Shown here piece by piece: positions 16,196 to 24,637 of a stretch of DNA of 64,000 nucleotides. The translations under genes were made by a program, and so were the position numbers. Within the stretch, counting starts at the first letter, position 1; each line of letters opens with the position of its first letter. The stretch is from Gammaproteobacteria bacterium (GTDB lineage: Bacteria > Pseudomonadota > Gammaproteobacteria > Ga0077536), in contig JAUIFX010000001.1 in NCBI GenBank assembly GCA_030429865.1, forward strand, positions 2,190 to 66,189, written 5' to 3'. Under the pieces are notes generated by a model. It searched no databases. It was not told the DNA's origin and saw only the letters and a program-made list of their open reading frames with translations.

Positions 16196-17358
16196 ACCAC
16201 GCCTTCGCCTACACGCGCGGCACCTACCGTATTGCGACCCCGCAGGCCACGCTGGCGCGCATCGCGCCGCTGCTGCCGGCATGCGGCATCACGCGCGTCA
16301 CCGCGGTCACCCACCTCGATCGCCTCGGCGTGCCGGTTTACTGCGCGATCCGCCCGAACGGCGTCGTCCTGCAGGTCTCCAACGGCAAGGGTCTGAGCGC
16401 CGACTGCGCGCGCGTCTCGGCGCTGATGGAAGCGATCGAGCTGCACCACGCCGAGAACCCGCCGCCAGGCGCGCTGCGCGAAGCCACCCAGGCCGAACTC
16501 GAAGCCGCCGGCGAACGCGTGCTCGCGCCGCCGGCCCTGCCCGGCTACAACGGGGCCTACTTCGCGCGGGACTTCCGCCTGGAATGGATCCGAGGAACGG
16601 CGCTGGATGACGGCGCCGCCGCCTGGGCCCCGGCCAGCCTGGCCTGCTTCGCGCGCTCGCCGGCACCGCTCGTCACCGACACCAACGGCCTGGCCTCCGG
16701 CAATCACCTGCTCGAAGCGAGCCTGCACGCGCTCTACGAGCTGCTCGAGCGCGACGCCCTGGCCGGTCTCGGGCAGGATGGCCGGCTCGCCATCCGCGAA
16801 CGCTGCCGCGTCGTCGACACCGCTTCGATCACCGATACCGATCTGCACGCGCTGATCGCCGCCATCGCCGCGCGCGAGAGCCACGTCGTGCTGCTGTGGG
16901 TGCCGAGCCGCGTCCCGGTGCACACGTTCTGGGCGGTACTGCTCAACCGCCGCAGCGGCGCGGCACCGGTATCGACGCTCAACCTGGGCGCCGGCTGCCA
17001 CCACGACCCGAAGGTCGCCGCGGCGCGTGCCGTGACCGAGGCGGCACAGTCGCGCCTGAGCTTCATCCATGGCGCGCGCGAGGATCGCGTTGCCAAGCCC
17101 GTCGACCGCGCGCGCGCGGTTTCGGAAAGCCCCGCCTATCGCTATTTCGATGGCCTCGAGGCCGACACCGCGTGGCACGAGCTGCTGCCTGCCGCGCATT
17201 TGCCCGGCGATCTCGAGCAGGCGCACGACTGGCTGGTCACGGCTTTGTCGGGCACCGGCATCCGCGCGTGGCGCTTCGACCTCACCCGCGCCGAACTCGG
17301 TATCCCGGTAGTCAAAGTCGTCGCGCCCGGCCTCGCCTTCAATGGACGCCTGCTGTGA
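16192..17358 (+). CDS. ycaO: YcaO domain protein (ATP-dependent backbone amide activation; thioamide or azoline forming)
   Basis: MNHAFAYTRGTYR...; YcaO ATP-binding motifs SALMEAIELHHAE and LHALYELLERDAL (ExxERD), GLASGN. Internal ATG coupled to the tfuA stop. Confidence 0.85.
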   Translation: MNHAFAYTRGTYRIATPQATLARIAPLLPACGITRVTAVTHLDRLGVPVYCAIRPNGVVLQVSNGKGLSADCARVSALMEAIELHHAENPPPGALREATQAELEAAGERVLAPPALPGYNGAYFARDFRLEWIRGTALDDGAAAWAPASLACFARSPAPLVTDTNGLASGNHLLEASLHALYELLERDALAGLGQDGRLAIRERCRVVDTASITDTDLHALIAAIAARESHVVLLWVPSRVPVHTFWAVLLNRRSGAAPVSTLNLGAGCHHDPKVAAARAVTEAAQSRLSFIHGAREDRVAKPVDRARAVSESPAYRYFDGLEADTAWHELLPAAHLPGDLEQAHDWLVTALSGTGIRAWRFDLTRAELGIPVVKVVAPGLAFNGRLL

Positions 17359-18133
17359 ACGCGGCGCACGCAAGACCGTCGTGACGGCGACACCCGCGAA
17401 CGCCCTGGTCAGCCGCGCCGCGGTGCTCGACGAGGCTGCCTGCGCGGCCATCGCCCAACGCGTGCACGCCCTGCGCGCGCACTGGGTCGCGCGCGACGCG
17501 GCCGCCTTCCACACGCTCGGCGCCGCGCTCTACCTCGACCGTCCGACGGCCGCGACGCGTGAACGCTTCGGTCTCGCCGATGCCGACCCGGCGCGCTACG
17601 GCACGCTCGCCCGCGCGACGAACACCCTGCTCGAAGCCGGCTTCGCCGAGCTCTACGCCGCCTTCGCCGACGCGCTCGCCGGCCTGCTCGATGCCGACGT
17701 ACGCTACGCGGCCGACCGCGCCCGCCCCGGCTTCCACGTCTTCGAGCACCACCCTTCCTACGCCCGGCAGTCCGCGCACGTGCCCCATTTCGACCGGCAG
17801 TACGAGTGCATCGACTGGCCGCAGGCGGCAACCATCGACTTCACGGCGGCGATCTCGATCACGCTGCCGATCCGTTTGCCGGCGCGTGGTGGCGGGCTGC
17901 GCGTGTGGGAGCTGAACCTGTTCGACGTACAGGCGCTGGGTCCCGCCGCGGCGCGCGAACGCGCGCGCCGGGCGCCCTCGCGCGTACATCGCTACGTGCC
18001 GGGTGAACTGGTCTGCCACCGCGGCCACCTCCTGCACCAGATCCAGCCCTGGCCCTCGCGGCCCGGCGACGAGCGCATCACGCTGCAGGCGCACGGCCTG
18101 TTCTACGACGGTGCCTGGCAACTCTACTGGTAG
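17342..18133 (+). CDS. Putative Fe(II)/2-oxoglutarate-dependent oxygenase-like protein
   Basis: Candidate HxD...H facial triad (HVPHFD ... CHRGHLLH). Overlaps the ycaO stop by 17 nt, so last gene of the coupled operon. Family assignment weak. Confidence 0.4.
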   Translation: MDACCERGARKTVVTATPANALVSRAAVLDEAACAAIAQRVHALRAHWVARDAAAFHTLGAALYLDRPTAATRERFGLADADPARYGTLARATNTLLEAGFAELYAAFADALAGLLDADVRYAADRARPGFHVFEHHPSYARQSAHVPHFDRQYECIDWPQAATIDFTAAISITLPIRLPARGGGLRVWELNLFDVQALGPAAARERARRAPSRVHRYVPGELVCHRGHLLHQIQPWPSRPGDERITLQAHGLFYDGAWQLYW

Positions 18134-18169
18134 GGCCGCGTCCCGCGCCGGTCGAGCGATCAACGGACC

Positions 18170-20185
18170 CTAGCGCAGCCCGGCGAAGAACGCGGGTGGG
18201 GGCACATCGCCGGCCAGCCTCAGCAGAAGCCGCTCGCCCGCCGCGCGCGTATCGAGTTCGAGTTCACCACGGCGCCCGTCGCCGTCGGCACGCACGCGCA
18301 GGCTGACGTGGCGCCCCGCGTCGTGCAGCGCGGTGACCACGGTCCAATCCGCCGGGGCCGGGGGCGGCGGCGCCTCCGGATCGCAGGACTCGCGCACCAG
18401 CGAGAGCGCCGTGATACCTGCGGCGAGACGGTCGAGCAGCGCCTGGTCGGTGCCCGGCAGGGCGACCCGGGTGACCGTCGCCGAGAGGGCCTGGCCGAGT
18501 TCCGGGGCGGTCAGCTCGACGCGCTCGGCGCGTGCGTGGCGCAGCGCGAGCAGGCGCACGAGACCGTTGACGAAAGCCGAGGCGCGCAGCGTCATGGGCA
18601 GCCCCGCATGCCGATCGAGGCTCTCGATGGCCGCGCTCAGCGCGTGCTCGACACTGAGCAGGCGGCGCGCCGTCGGCCCGAAGGCGTGCGCACGAGTCAG
18701 CTCGCGAAAGCGCGCGAGGTCGAAACCAAGCGATGCCAGGGGCGCTGCAGCGTCGTTGAGCCGCGCCAGCGCGGCGCCTTCGCCGAGGGCCCCCGCCGTG
18801 TAGTCATCCATCACGTCGCAGGCCGCGGTCAGCACCGGCAGCACCGTCTCCTCGCCGGCGATGCACGCACCCGCGGCCAGCGCCTCCTGCGCCGCTGCCC
18901 AGGCGCCGGCGTCGTCGCGCTCGAGCGCGGCCAGCGAGGGCACCACCTGGGCCAGGCTGAGCTGCTCGACCAGGCTCCACGCGGCCAGCCACCAGTCGGT
19001 CAGGGCAGCGCTGCGGAAGCCGCCGTAGCTGCCGTGCACGAGGTGGTCGTGGACCTGGACCAGGCTGTGCTGCAGGCGCGCGACCGGCGCGAAGCGCGCG
19101 GTCGAGAAATCGCCGGCAGCCCGCGCCTCGAGCAGGCAGCCGGCGAGCAGGTGCAGACTCTGGAACGTGTTGAGCAGGCCACGCGAGTAGAGCGCATCGA
19201 CGTTGCCGGCCGGCGCGCCGAGCAGGCACACGCGCTCACCGACGACCCCCGCCGGCACGGTTCTGGCCCCGCGACTGCTCATCCACGGCCGCACCGGCGC
19301 GGCCTTGCCGAACTGCGCGGCCAGCGCCGGGTAACGCGCCAGCAGCGCGGACCACTCTTCGCCCGGCGACGCATCCCCCGGCGGGTGCACGCGGTTGTCG
19401 AAATTGACGCCGACGCTGACCAGGCGGTTGCGCGAGCGCGGGTGGTTGCCGAACGGGATCACCCACATCCAGGCGCCGTCGAGGATGTGATGCAGGGTGC
19501 CGTGGTGCCAGGGCAAGGCCGGCGGCGGCGCGGCGGCGCAGTCGTCGAAGGGCCGCACGCCGGTGAGGTGGGTGAAGATCACGCGCGAATCGGTCCGCAG
19601 CGGCGCCGTGCCCAGCGCCGCGACCCGCGGCAGCGTGGCGCCGTGACCGACGCAGTCGACGAGGTAACGGCCGTGCACGCGCCCGGCGCTGGTCGCGAGG
19701 CAGACGCCATCGTCCGCCACCGCTTCCTCGCCGCGGATTTCCGCCGTCAGCAGGGTGCAGCCGGCCTCGACGGCGCGCGCGCACAGCCAGGCATCGATGT
19801 CCTGGCGATACAAGTGCGCCTCGAGCACGTCCTCGGCGTAATTGACGGCGATATTGGCCCACCACTGCGCCTCGGTACGGGCGCTGCCGGCGGCATGGCG
19901 CACGAAGCCGAAGGACTTCTTAACCCCGGAGCTGGGCCCGATCTCGTCGTGGATGCGGTTCAGGTTGGCGATCGCGGCCAGTTCCTCCGCGCCGTAGCGC
20001 TCGGCCAGCACGCGCATCCACAGCACGGTCGGCTTGAGCAGGGATTCGCCGAGCGCGAAGCGCGGGTGCGGCGCCCGCTCGACGATCACGGTCGAGACCC
20101 CCTGGCGCGCAAGCACCAGTCCGAGCGCGCAACCGGTGATGCCGGCACCAAGAATGATGACCTCGCAGGACGCCGCTTCCATCAT
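18170..20185 (-). CDS. Flavin-dependent halogenase (second copy) with ~250-aa C-terminal extension
   Basis: MMEAASCEVIILGAGITGCALG (GxGxxG), GESLLKPT, and WxWxIP signature (GAWMWVIPF). ATG at 20185 chosen over the upstream GTG at 20224. Confidence 0.8.
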   Translation of the reverse strand: MMEAASCEVIILGAGITGCALGLVLARQGVSTVIVERAPHPRFALGESLLKPTVLWMRVLAERYGAEELAAIANLNRIHDEIGPSSGVKKSFGFVRHAAGSARTEAQWWANIAVNYAEDVLEAHLYRQDIDAWLCARAVEAGCTLLTAEIRGEEAVADDGVCLATSAGRVHGRYLVDCVGHGATLPRVAALGTAPLRTDSRVIFTHLTGVRPFDDCAAAPPPALPWHHGTLHHILDGAWMWVIPFGNHPRSRNRLVSVGVNFDNRVHPPGDASPGEEWSALLARYPALAAQFGKAAPVRPWMSSRGARTVPAGVVGERVCLLGAPAGNVDALYSRGLLNTFQSLHLLAGCLLEARAAGDFSTARFAPVARLQHSLVQVHDHLVHGSYGGFRSAALTDWWLAAWSLVEQLSLAQVVPSLAALERDDAGAWAAAQEALAAGACIAGEETVLPVLTAACDVMDDYTAGALGEGAALARLNDAAAPLASLGFDLARFRELTRAHAFGPTARRLLSVEHALSAAIESLDRHAGLPMTLRASAFVNGLVRLLALRHARAERVELTAPELGQALSATVTRVALPGTDQALLDRLAAGITALSLVRESCDPEAPPPPAPADWTVVTALHDAGRHVSLRVRADGDGRRGELELDTRAAGERLLLRLAGDVPPPAFFAGLR

Positions 20186-20264
20186 GTTTCCGAGAGTATT
20201 GCCGCGCGCCAGTATCCGGGGCACCGTGCGCGAATGCCAGTGCCGTGAGCAGACCCGATCGAGA

Positions 20265-20310
20265 TTGCCGGATATTCCTATAATGCAGTTTAAGTAATTT
20301 TCGAAACTGC
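20265..20310. promoter_or_regulatory. AT-rich divergent promoter island with consensus TATAAT and a 7-bp inverted repeat
   Basis: Local AT-rich patch ~20270-20345 in a ~70% GC background. TATAAT at 20279-20284 (+). Inverted repeat GCAGTTT(20285-91)/AAACTGC(20304-10). Lies between the divergent halogenase and cNMP-binding/export genes. Confidence 0.35.
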
Positions 20311-20416
20311 TTGTTTTATTTGATACATCGCGTATCGTAAATCATCCTGCGCGAGCCTCGTGAAGGCGCACCACGCGCGCTGTGCGGCCACTGCCAACGA
20401 CAACCGGGGAGCGTCC

Positions 20417-20953
20417 ATGCGCAAGGTATTGTTCATTTTCGGTGAACTCACCGACGCCGACACCGAGTGGATGTGCGATGCCGGCCAGGCCCTCACCCTG
20501 GCGACCGGCGACCGTTTGATCGAGGCCGGCCACCCGGTGCACGAGCTCTCGCTGGTACTGCGCGGTGAACTCGGCGTGTACGCCGGCGAGCGCGAAATCG
20601 CGCTGCTCGGCGAAGGCGAGATCGTCGGCGAGCTGTCGTTTCTCGATGCGCGCCCGCCTTATGCGTCGGTCGTTGCCACCGAACCCTCGATCGTTTTGCG
20701 CGTACCGCACGAAGCGGTGCACGCGCGTTTCGCCCGCGACCCCGGCTTCGCCGGCCGTTTCTATCGAAGTCTCGGCATTTTCATGGCCAGCCGCTTGCGC
20801 CAGACGGTCGGGCAGCTCGGCGTGCTCGGCGATGACGACGAACTCGCCGAGGACGCGACCAGCGTCGACGAAATCGACCCCGACGTGCTCGATCGCTCGG
20901 CCATCGCCGGGCGCCGCTTCGAGCGTCTGCGCACCCGCCTCGGAGTCGAATGA
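20417..20953 (+). CDS. Cyclic nucleotide-binding domain protein (bacteriocin-export-associated type)
   Basis: cNMP-binding beta-roll motif GEIVGELSFLD...PYASVVATEP. SD GGGGAG 7 nt upstream. ATGA overlap with the downstream HlyD gene. Confidence 0.7.
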   Translation: MRKVLFIFGELTDADTEWMCDAGQALTLATGDRLIEAGHPVHELSLVLRGELGVYAGEREIALLGEGEIVGELSFLDARPPYASVVATEPSIVLRVPHEAVHARFARDPGFAGRFYRSLGIFMASRLRQTVGQLGVLGDDDELAEDATSVDEIDPDVLDRSAIAGRRFERLRTRLGVE

Positions 20954-22392
20954 GCGTGGCCGACGACAAAGACATCTTCCGTAAGGAAGCCCTCGACCAG
21001 CTGAGCTCGCCCGAACAGCTCGAGCAACTGCTCGAGGTGACCACCCGCAAGGCCTGGGTCAGCCTCTACACCATTGCCGGTGCGCTCGTCGCGATTCTCC
21101 TGTGGAGCGTGTTCGGCCAGATTCCGATCACGGTCGACGGCTCCGGCATCTTCGTCTACCCGAGACGGGTCGTGTCGTTCCAGTCGCCGGCGCCGGGACA
21201 GGTCGTGAGCATCGACGTCAACGTCGGTGATTTCGTCGACAAGGGCGACATCATCGGCACCCTCAACCAGCCCGACCTCGCGCAGGAACTCGAACAGGAA
21301 CGCGTGCGCCTGGCCGAAGCACGCGCCCAGGTACTGCTCAAGGGCGATGCCCTCGAACAGCGCCTGGCGCTCGAACGCGAATCGATCGTGCGCAAGCGCG
21401 AGCTGCTCGCGCAGCGCATCGAGTCGCTGCAGCGGATCTCCGAGGCGCAGAAGAAGCGCAATGCGGGCTACCTCGCGCAGCAGAGCAAGAACCTCGCCGA
21501 GGCGCGCAGCACCCAGCAGAAGCTCGGCCGCGCGCTGGAGGAACGTTTCGAGAGCTACGAGCGCCTGCGCGCCGAAGGGCTCTCCTCCGACGACAGCGTG
21601 CTCGCCGCACGCCAGCGCTACATGGACAACCAGGTGCAGCGCTCCGAGCTCGACCTGCGCGCCCAGGAACTCGAACTGCGCCGACTGGAGAACGAGCAGG
21701 CCTACCAGCAATCGCTAGACCGCATCGAGGAGTTCCGCACCCAGCTGCAGGATCTCGAGATCCGCGAGCGCGAGCTGGACCAGCAGGCGCTGGAGACCAG
21801 CGCCAGCGCGAAGCAGCGTATCCAGGAGATCGAACGCAACATCGCGCGCCTCGAAAGCCAGCTCGCGACGCGCAGCCAGATCGTCAGCGAACATGCCGGC
21901 CGCATCCTCGAGATCACGACCGGTCCCGGCCAGATCGTCAATGCCGGCCAGCGCATCGGCTCGATCGAGACCGAGGATGCCGCGGGTGAGCTGATGGGCG
22001 TGGCCTTCTTCGCCGTCGGCGACGGCAAGAAACTGGCCGCCGACGGCGTGCTGCGCCTCACCCCGACGACGGTGGAACGCGAACGCTACGGCAGCATCGT
22101 CGCCACCATCACGAGCGTCTCGGCCTTCCCGGTCACGGCGGATGCCATCAGCTCGATGATCGGCAACGCCGAGGTCGCCCAGGAAATCAGCCAGGGCCGC
22201 AGCGTCATCCAGGTCGTCGCCCGCCTGCACGAGGACGCGGACGCCCATACCGGCTACGAATGGACCTCCGGCAAGGGTCCGCCCGGACCGCTCACCGCCG
22301 GCACCACGGCCAGCGCGCGCGCGACGGTCGAATACCGCCGCCCGATCACGTTCGTCATCCCGATCCTGCGCAGGTGGACCGGCGTTGGCTGA
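20950..22392 (+). CDS. HlyD-family secretion (membrane fusion) protein, NHLM-bacteriocin-system type
   Basis: N-terminal TM (VSLYTIAGALVAILLWSVF), long coiled-coil (LAQELEQERVRLAEARAQ...), C-terminal beta domain. Coupled to flanking genes. Confidence 0.8.
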   Translation: MSVADDKDIFRKEALDQLSSPEQLEQLLEVTTRKAWVSLYTIAGALVAILLWSVFGQIPITVDGSGIFVYPRRVVSFQSPAPGQVVSIDVNVGDFVDKGDIIGTLNQPDLAQELEQERVRLAEARAQVLLKGDALEQRLALERESIVRKRELLAQRIESLQRISEAQKKRNAGYLAQQSKNLAEARSTQQKLGRALEERFESYERLRAEGLSSDDSVLAARQRYMDNQVQRSELDLRAQELELRRLENEQAYQQSLDRIEEFRTQLQDLEIRERELDQQALETSASAKQRIQEIERNIARLESQLATRSQIVSEHAGRILEITTGPGQIVNAGQRIGSIETEDAAGELMGVAFFAVGDGKKLAADGVLRLTPTTVERERYGSIVATITSVSAFPVTADAISSMIGNAEVAQEISQGRSVIQVVARLHEDADAHTGYEWTSGKGPPGPLTAGTTASARATVEYRRPITFVIPILRRWTGVG

Positions 22393-24637
22393 GCAAGCAG
22401 CGCCTCCGGCCAAGAAGGCCCCGCCCGAGATCAAGCACCCGCGCGTGCGCACGCCGTCGGTGCTGCAGCTCGAGGCGGTCGAGTGCGGCGCCGCGGCGCT
22501 GGCGATGATCCTCGGCTATTACAAGCGCGTCGTGCCGCTGACCCAGCTGCGCCGCGAGTGCGGCGTCTCGCGCGACGGCAGCAAGGCCTCCAACGTGGTC
22601 CGCGCGGCGCGCCGCTACGGCATGGAGGCGAAGGGCTTCACGAAGTCGATCAAGAAGCTCTACGACATCAAGCCGCCGTTCATCGTGTTCTGGAACTTCA
22701 ATCACTTCGTGGTGTGCGAAGGCTTCGGCAAGGATCGTGTCTACCTCAACGACCCCGCCGTCGGTCATCGCAGCGTGACGCACAAGGAGTTCAACCGCGG
22801 CTTCACCGGGGTCGTCCTGGTGATGAAGCCGGGACCCGAGTTCACGCCGGGCGGGCGGCTGCCCAGCGTGGTCGGCAGCATCCGCTCGCGCCTTGCCGGA
22901 TCCGGCCGCGCGCTCGGCTTCTGCTTCCTCACCGGGCTGCTGCTGGTGATTCCGGGGCTAGCCGTGCCGGCCTTCAACCAGGTCTACATCGATGCGGTGA
23001 TCCTGCAACAGCGTACCGACTGGCTGCGACCGCTGCTGCTTGCGATGGGCGTGTCCGGGGTACTCACCGCGGCGCTGCATTTCATGCAGTTCCGCTTCCT
23101 GCGCCGGCTCAAGATCAAGCTTTCGATCAAGTTCTCGAGCAAGTACCTGTGGCACCTGCTGCACCTGCCGGCCAGCTTCTACGCGCAACGTTTCGCCGGC
23201 GAGATCGCCAACCGCAGCCAGATCAACACGAAGCTCGCCGACCTGCTCTCGGGACGCCTCGCGACGACCGCGATCGACGTCACGATGATGGGCTTCTATG
23301 CCGCACTGATGTTCTACTACGACGTCATTCTGACCCTCATCGGCATCGGCTTCGCGATCATCAACGCCTTCGTGCTCAAGGTCATTTCGCAAAAGCGCGT
23401 CGAGACCAACATGCGCGTGCTGACCGAGTACGGCAAGGCCCAGGGCACCGGCATGGCCGGCCTGCAGAGCATCGAGACGATCAAGGCCGGCGGCCTGGAA
23501 TCGGGCTTCTTCGGCGTCTGGGCGGGCTATTACGCCAAGGCCGCCGTGGCACGCCAGGATCTCGAGATGTCCAACCAGTGGCTGGACATCACGCCGACCC
23601 TGCTGACCGCGCTGACCAGCGCCGCGATCCTGTGTTTCGGTGGCCTGCGCGTGATGCACGGCGAGATCTCGATCGGCATGCTGGTCGCCTTCCAGAGCCT
23701 GATGGCGAGCTTCCTCGCGCCGATCAACGAACTGCTCAGCCTCGGCGGCACGTTCCAGGACATGCGCGGCGACCTCGAGCGCGTCGACGACGTGCTCGAC
23801 AACGACACCATGCCGACGCCCGAGGTCGAGGAACTCGTCGACGAGAACGGCGATAGGGTCACGCGCCTGAAGGGCTACCTCGAGCTGCGCGACGTGACCT
23901 TCGGCTACAGCCCGCTGGACAAGCCACTGTTCGAGAACTTCAATCTCAGCGTCGCACCGGGCCAGCGCGTCGCGCTGGTCGGTGGCAGCGGCTCGGGCAA
24001 GTCGACGCTCGCGCGCATGATCTGCGGCGAGTACGAACCGTGGTCCGGCCAGGTCCTGCTCGACGGCCTGCCGCGCAGCCAGATCCCGGCCGACGTCCTG
24101 CGCAACTCCTTCGCCGTGGTCGACCAGGACATCAGCCTGTTCGAGGGCAGCGTGCGCGACAACCTCACGCTGTGGGACGACACGGTGCCGGAGATCAACC
24201 TGCGTCATGCGCTGCAGGACGCGGCCGCCCACGAATTCGTCATGGCCATGGCCGGCGGTCTCGACGCCAAGCTCGCCGAGGGTGGCATCAACCTGTCCGG
24301 CGGCCAGCGCCAGCGCCTGGAAATCGCGCGCTCGCTGGTACTCAACCCGGCCGTCCTGGTCTTCGACGAAGCGACCAGCGCCCTCGACGCCGATACCGAG
24401 GGCGTGGTGATGGAGCGGCTGCGCATGCGCGGCTGCAGCGCGGTACTGGTCGCACATCGCCTGAGCACCGTGCGCGACAGCGACCTCATCCTCGTGCTCA
24501 AGTCCGGCCAGGTCGTCGAACAGGGCACACACGAGGAGCTGTGGGTGCTCGATGGCGAGTACGCCCGCCTGATGCGCGCCGACCAGGAACCCATCGTCAC
24601 CATCAGCGAAGAAGCAGACGACGACGGCGATGACTGA
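22385..24637 (+). CDS. ABC transporter with N-terminal C39 peptidase domain (leader-peptide-cleaving exporter)
   Basis: C39 active-site region LQLEAVECGAAALAMILGYY; six-TM permease; Walker A GGSGSGKST; ABC signature LSGGQRQR; Walker B VLVFDEATSALD. TTG start overlapping the HlyD stop. Confidence 0.9.
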   Translation: MAEQAAPPAKKAPPEIKHPRVRTPSVLQLEAVECGAAALAMILGYYKRVVPLTQLRRECGVSRDGSKASNVVRAARRYGMEAKGFTKSIKKLYDIKPPFIVFWNFNHFVVCEGFGKDRVYLNDPAVGHRSVTHKEFNRGFTGVVLVMKPGPEFTPGGRLPSVVGSIRSRLAGSGRALGFCFLTGLLLVIPGLAVPAFNQVYIDAVILQQRTDWLRPLLLAMGVSGVLTAALHFMQFRFLRRLKIKLSIKFSSKYLWHLLHLPASFYAQRFAGEIANRSQINTKLADLLSGRLATTAIDVTMMGFYAALMFYYDVILTLIGIGFAIINAFVLKVISQKRVETNMRVLTEYGKAQGTGMAGLQSIETIKAGGLESGFFGVWAGYYAKAAVARQDLEMSNQWLDITPTLLTALTSAAILCFGGLRVMHGEISIGMLVAFQSLMASFLAPINELLSLGGTFQDMRGDLERVDDVLDNDTMPTPEVEELVDENGDRVTRLKGYLELRDVTFGYSPLDKPLFENFNLSVAPGQRVALVGGSGSGKSTLARMICGEYEPWSGQVLLDGLPRSQIPADVLRNSFAVVDQDISLFEGSVRDNLTLWDDTVPEINLRHALQDAAAHEFVMAMAGGLDAKLAEGGINLSGGQRQRLEIARSLVLNPAVLVFDEATSALDADTEGVVMERLRMRGCSAVLVAHRLSTVRDSDLILVLKSGQVVEQGTHEELWVLDGEYARLMRADQEPIVTISEEADDDGDD

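Noticed and set aside
15565-17514. 649-aa minus-strand ORF antisense to tfuA/ycaO
   Set aside because: Shadow ORF opposite genes with clear TfuA and YcaO motifs; Arg/Ala-rich low-complexity translation.
18308-20248. 646-aa plus-strand ORF antisense to the second halogenase
   Set aside because: The opposite strand encodes a protein with GxGxxG and WxWxIP halogenase motifs; this frame is R/G-rich nonsense.
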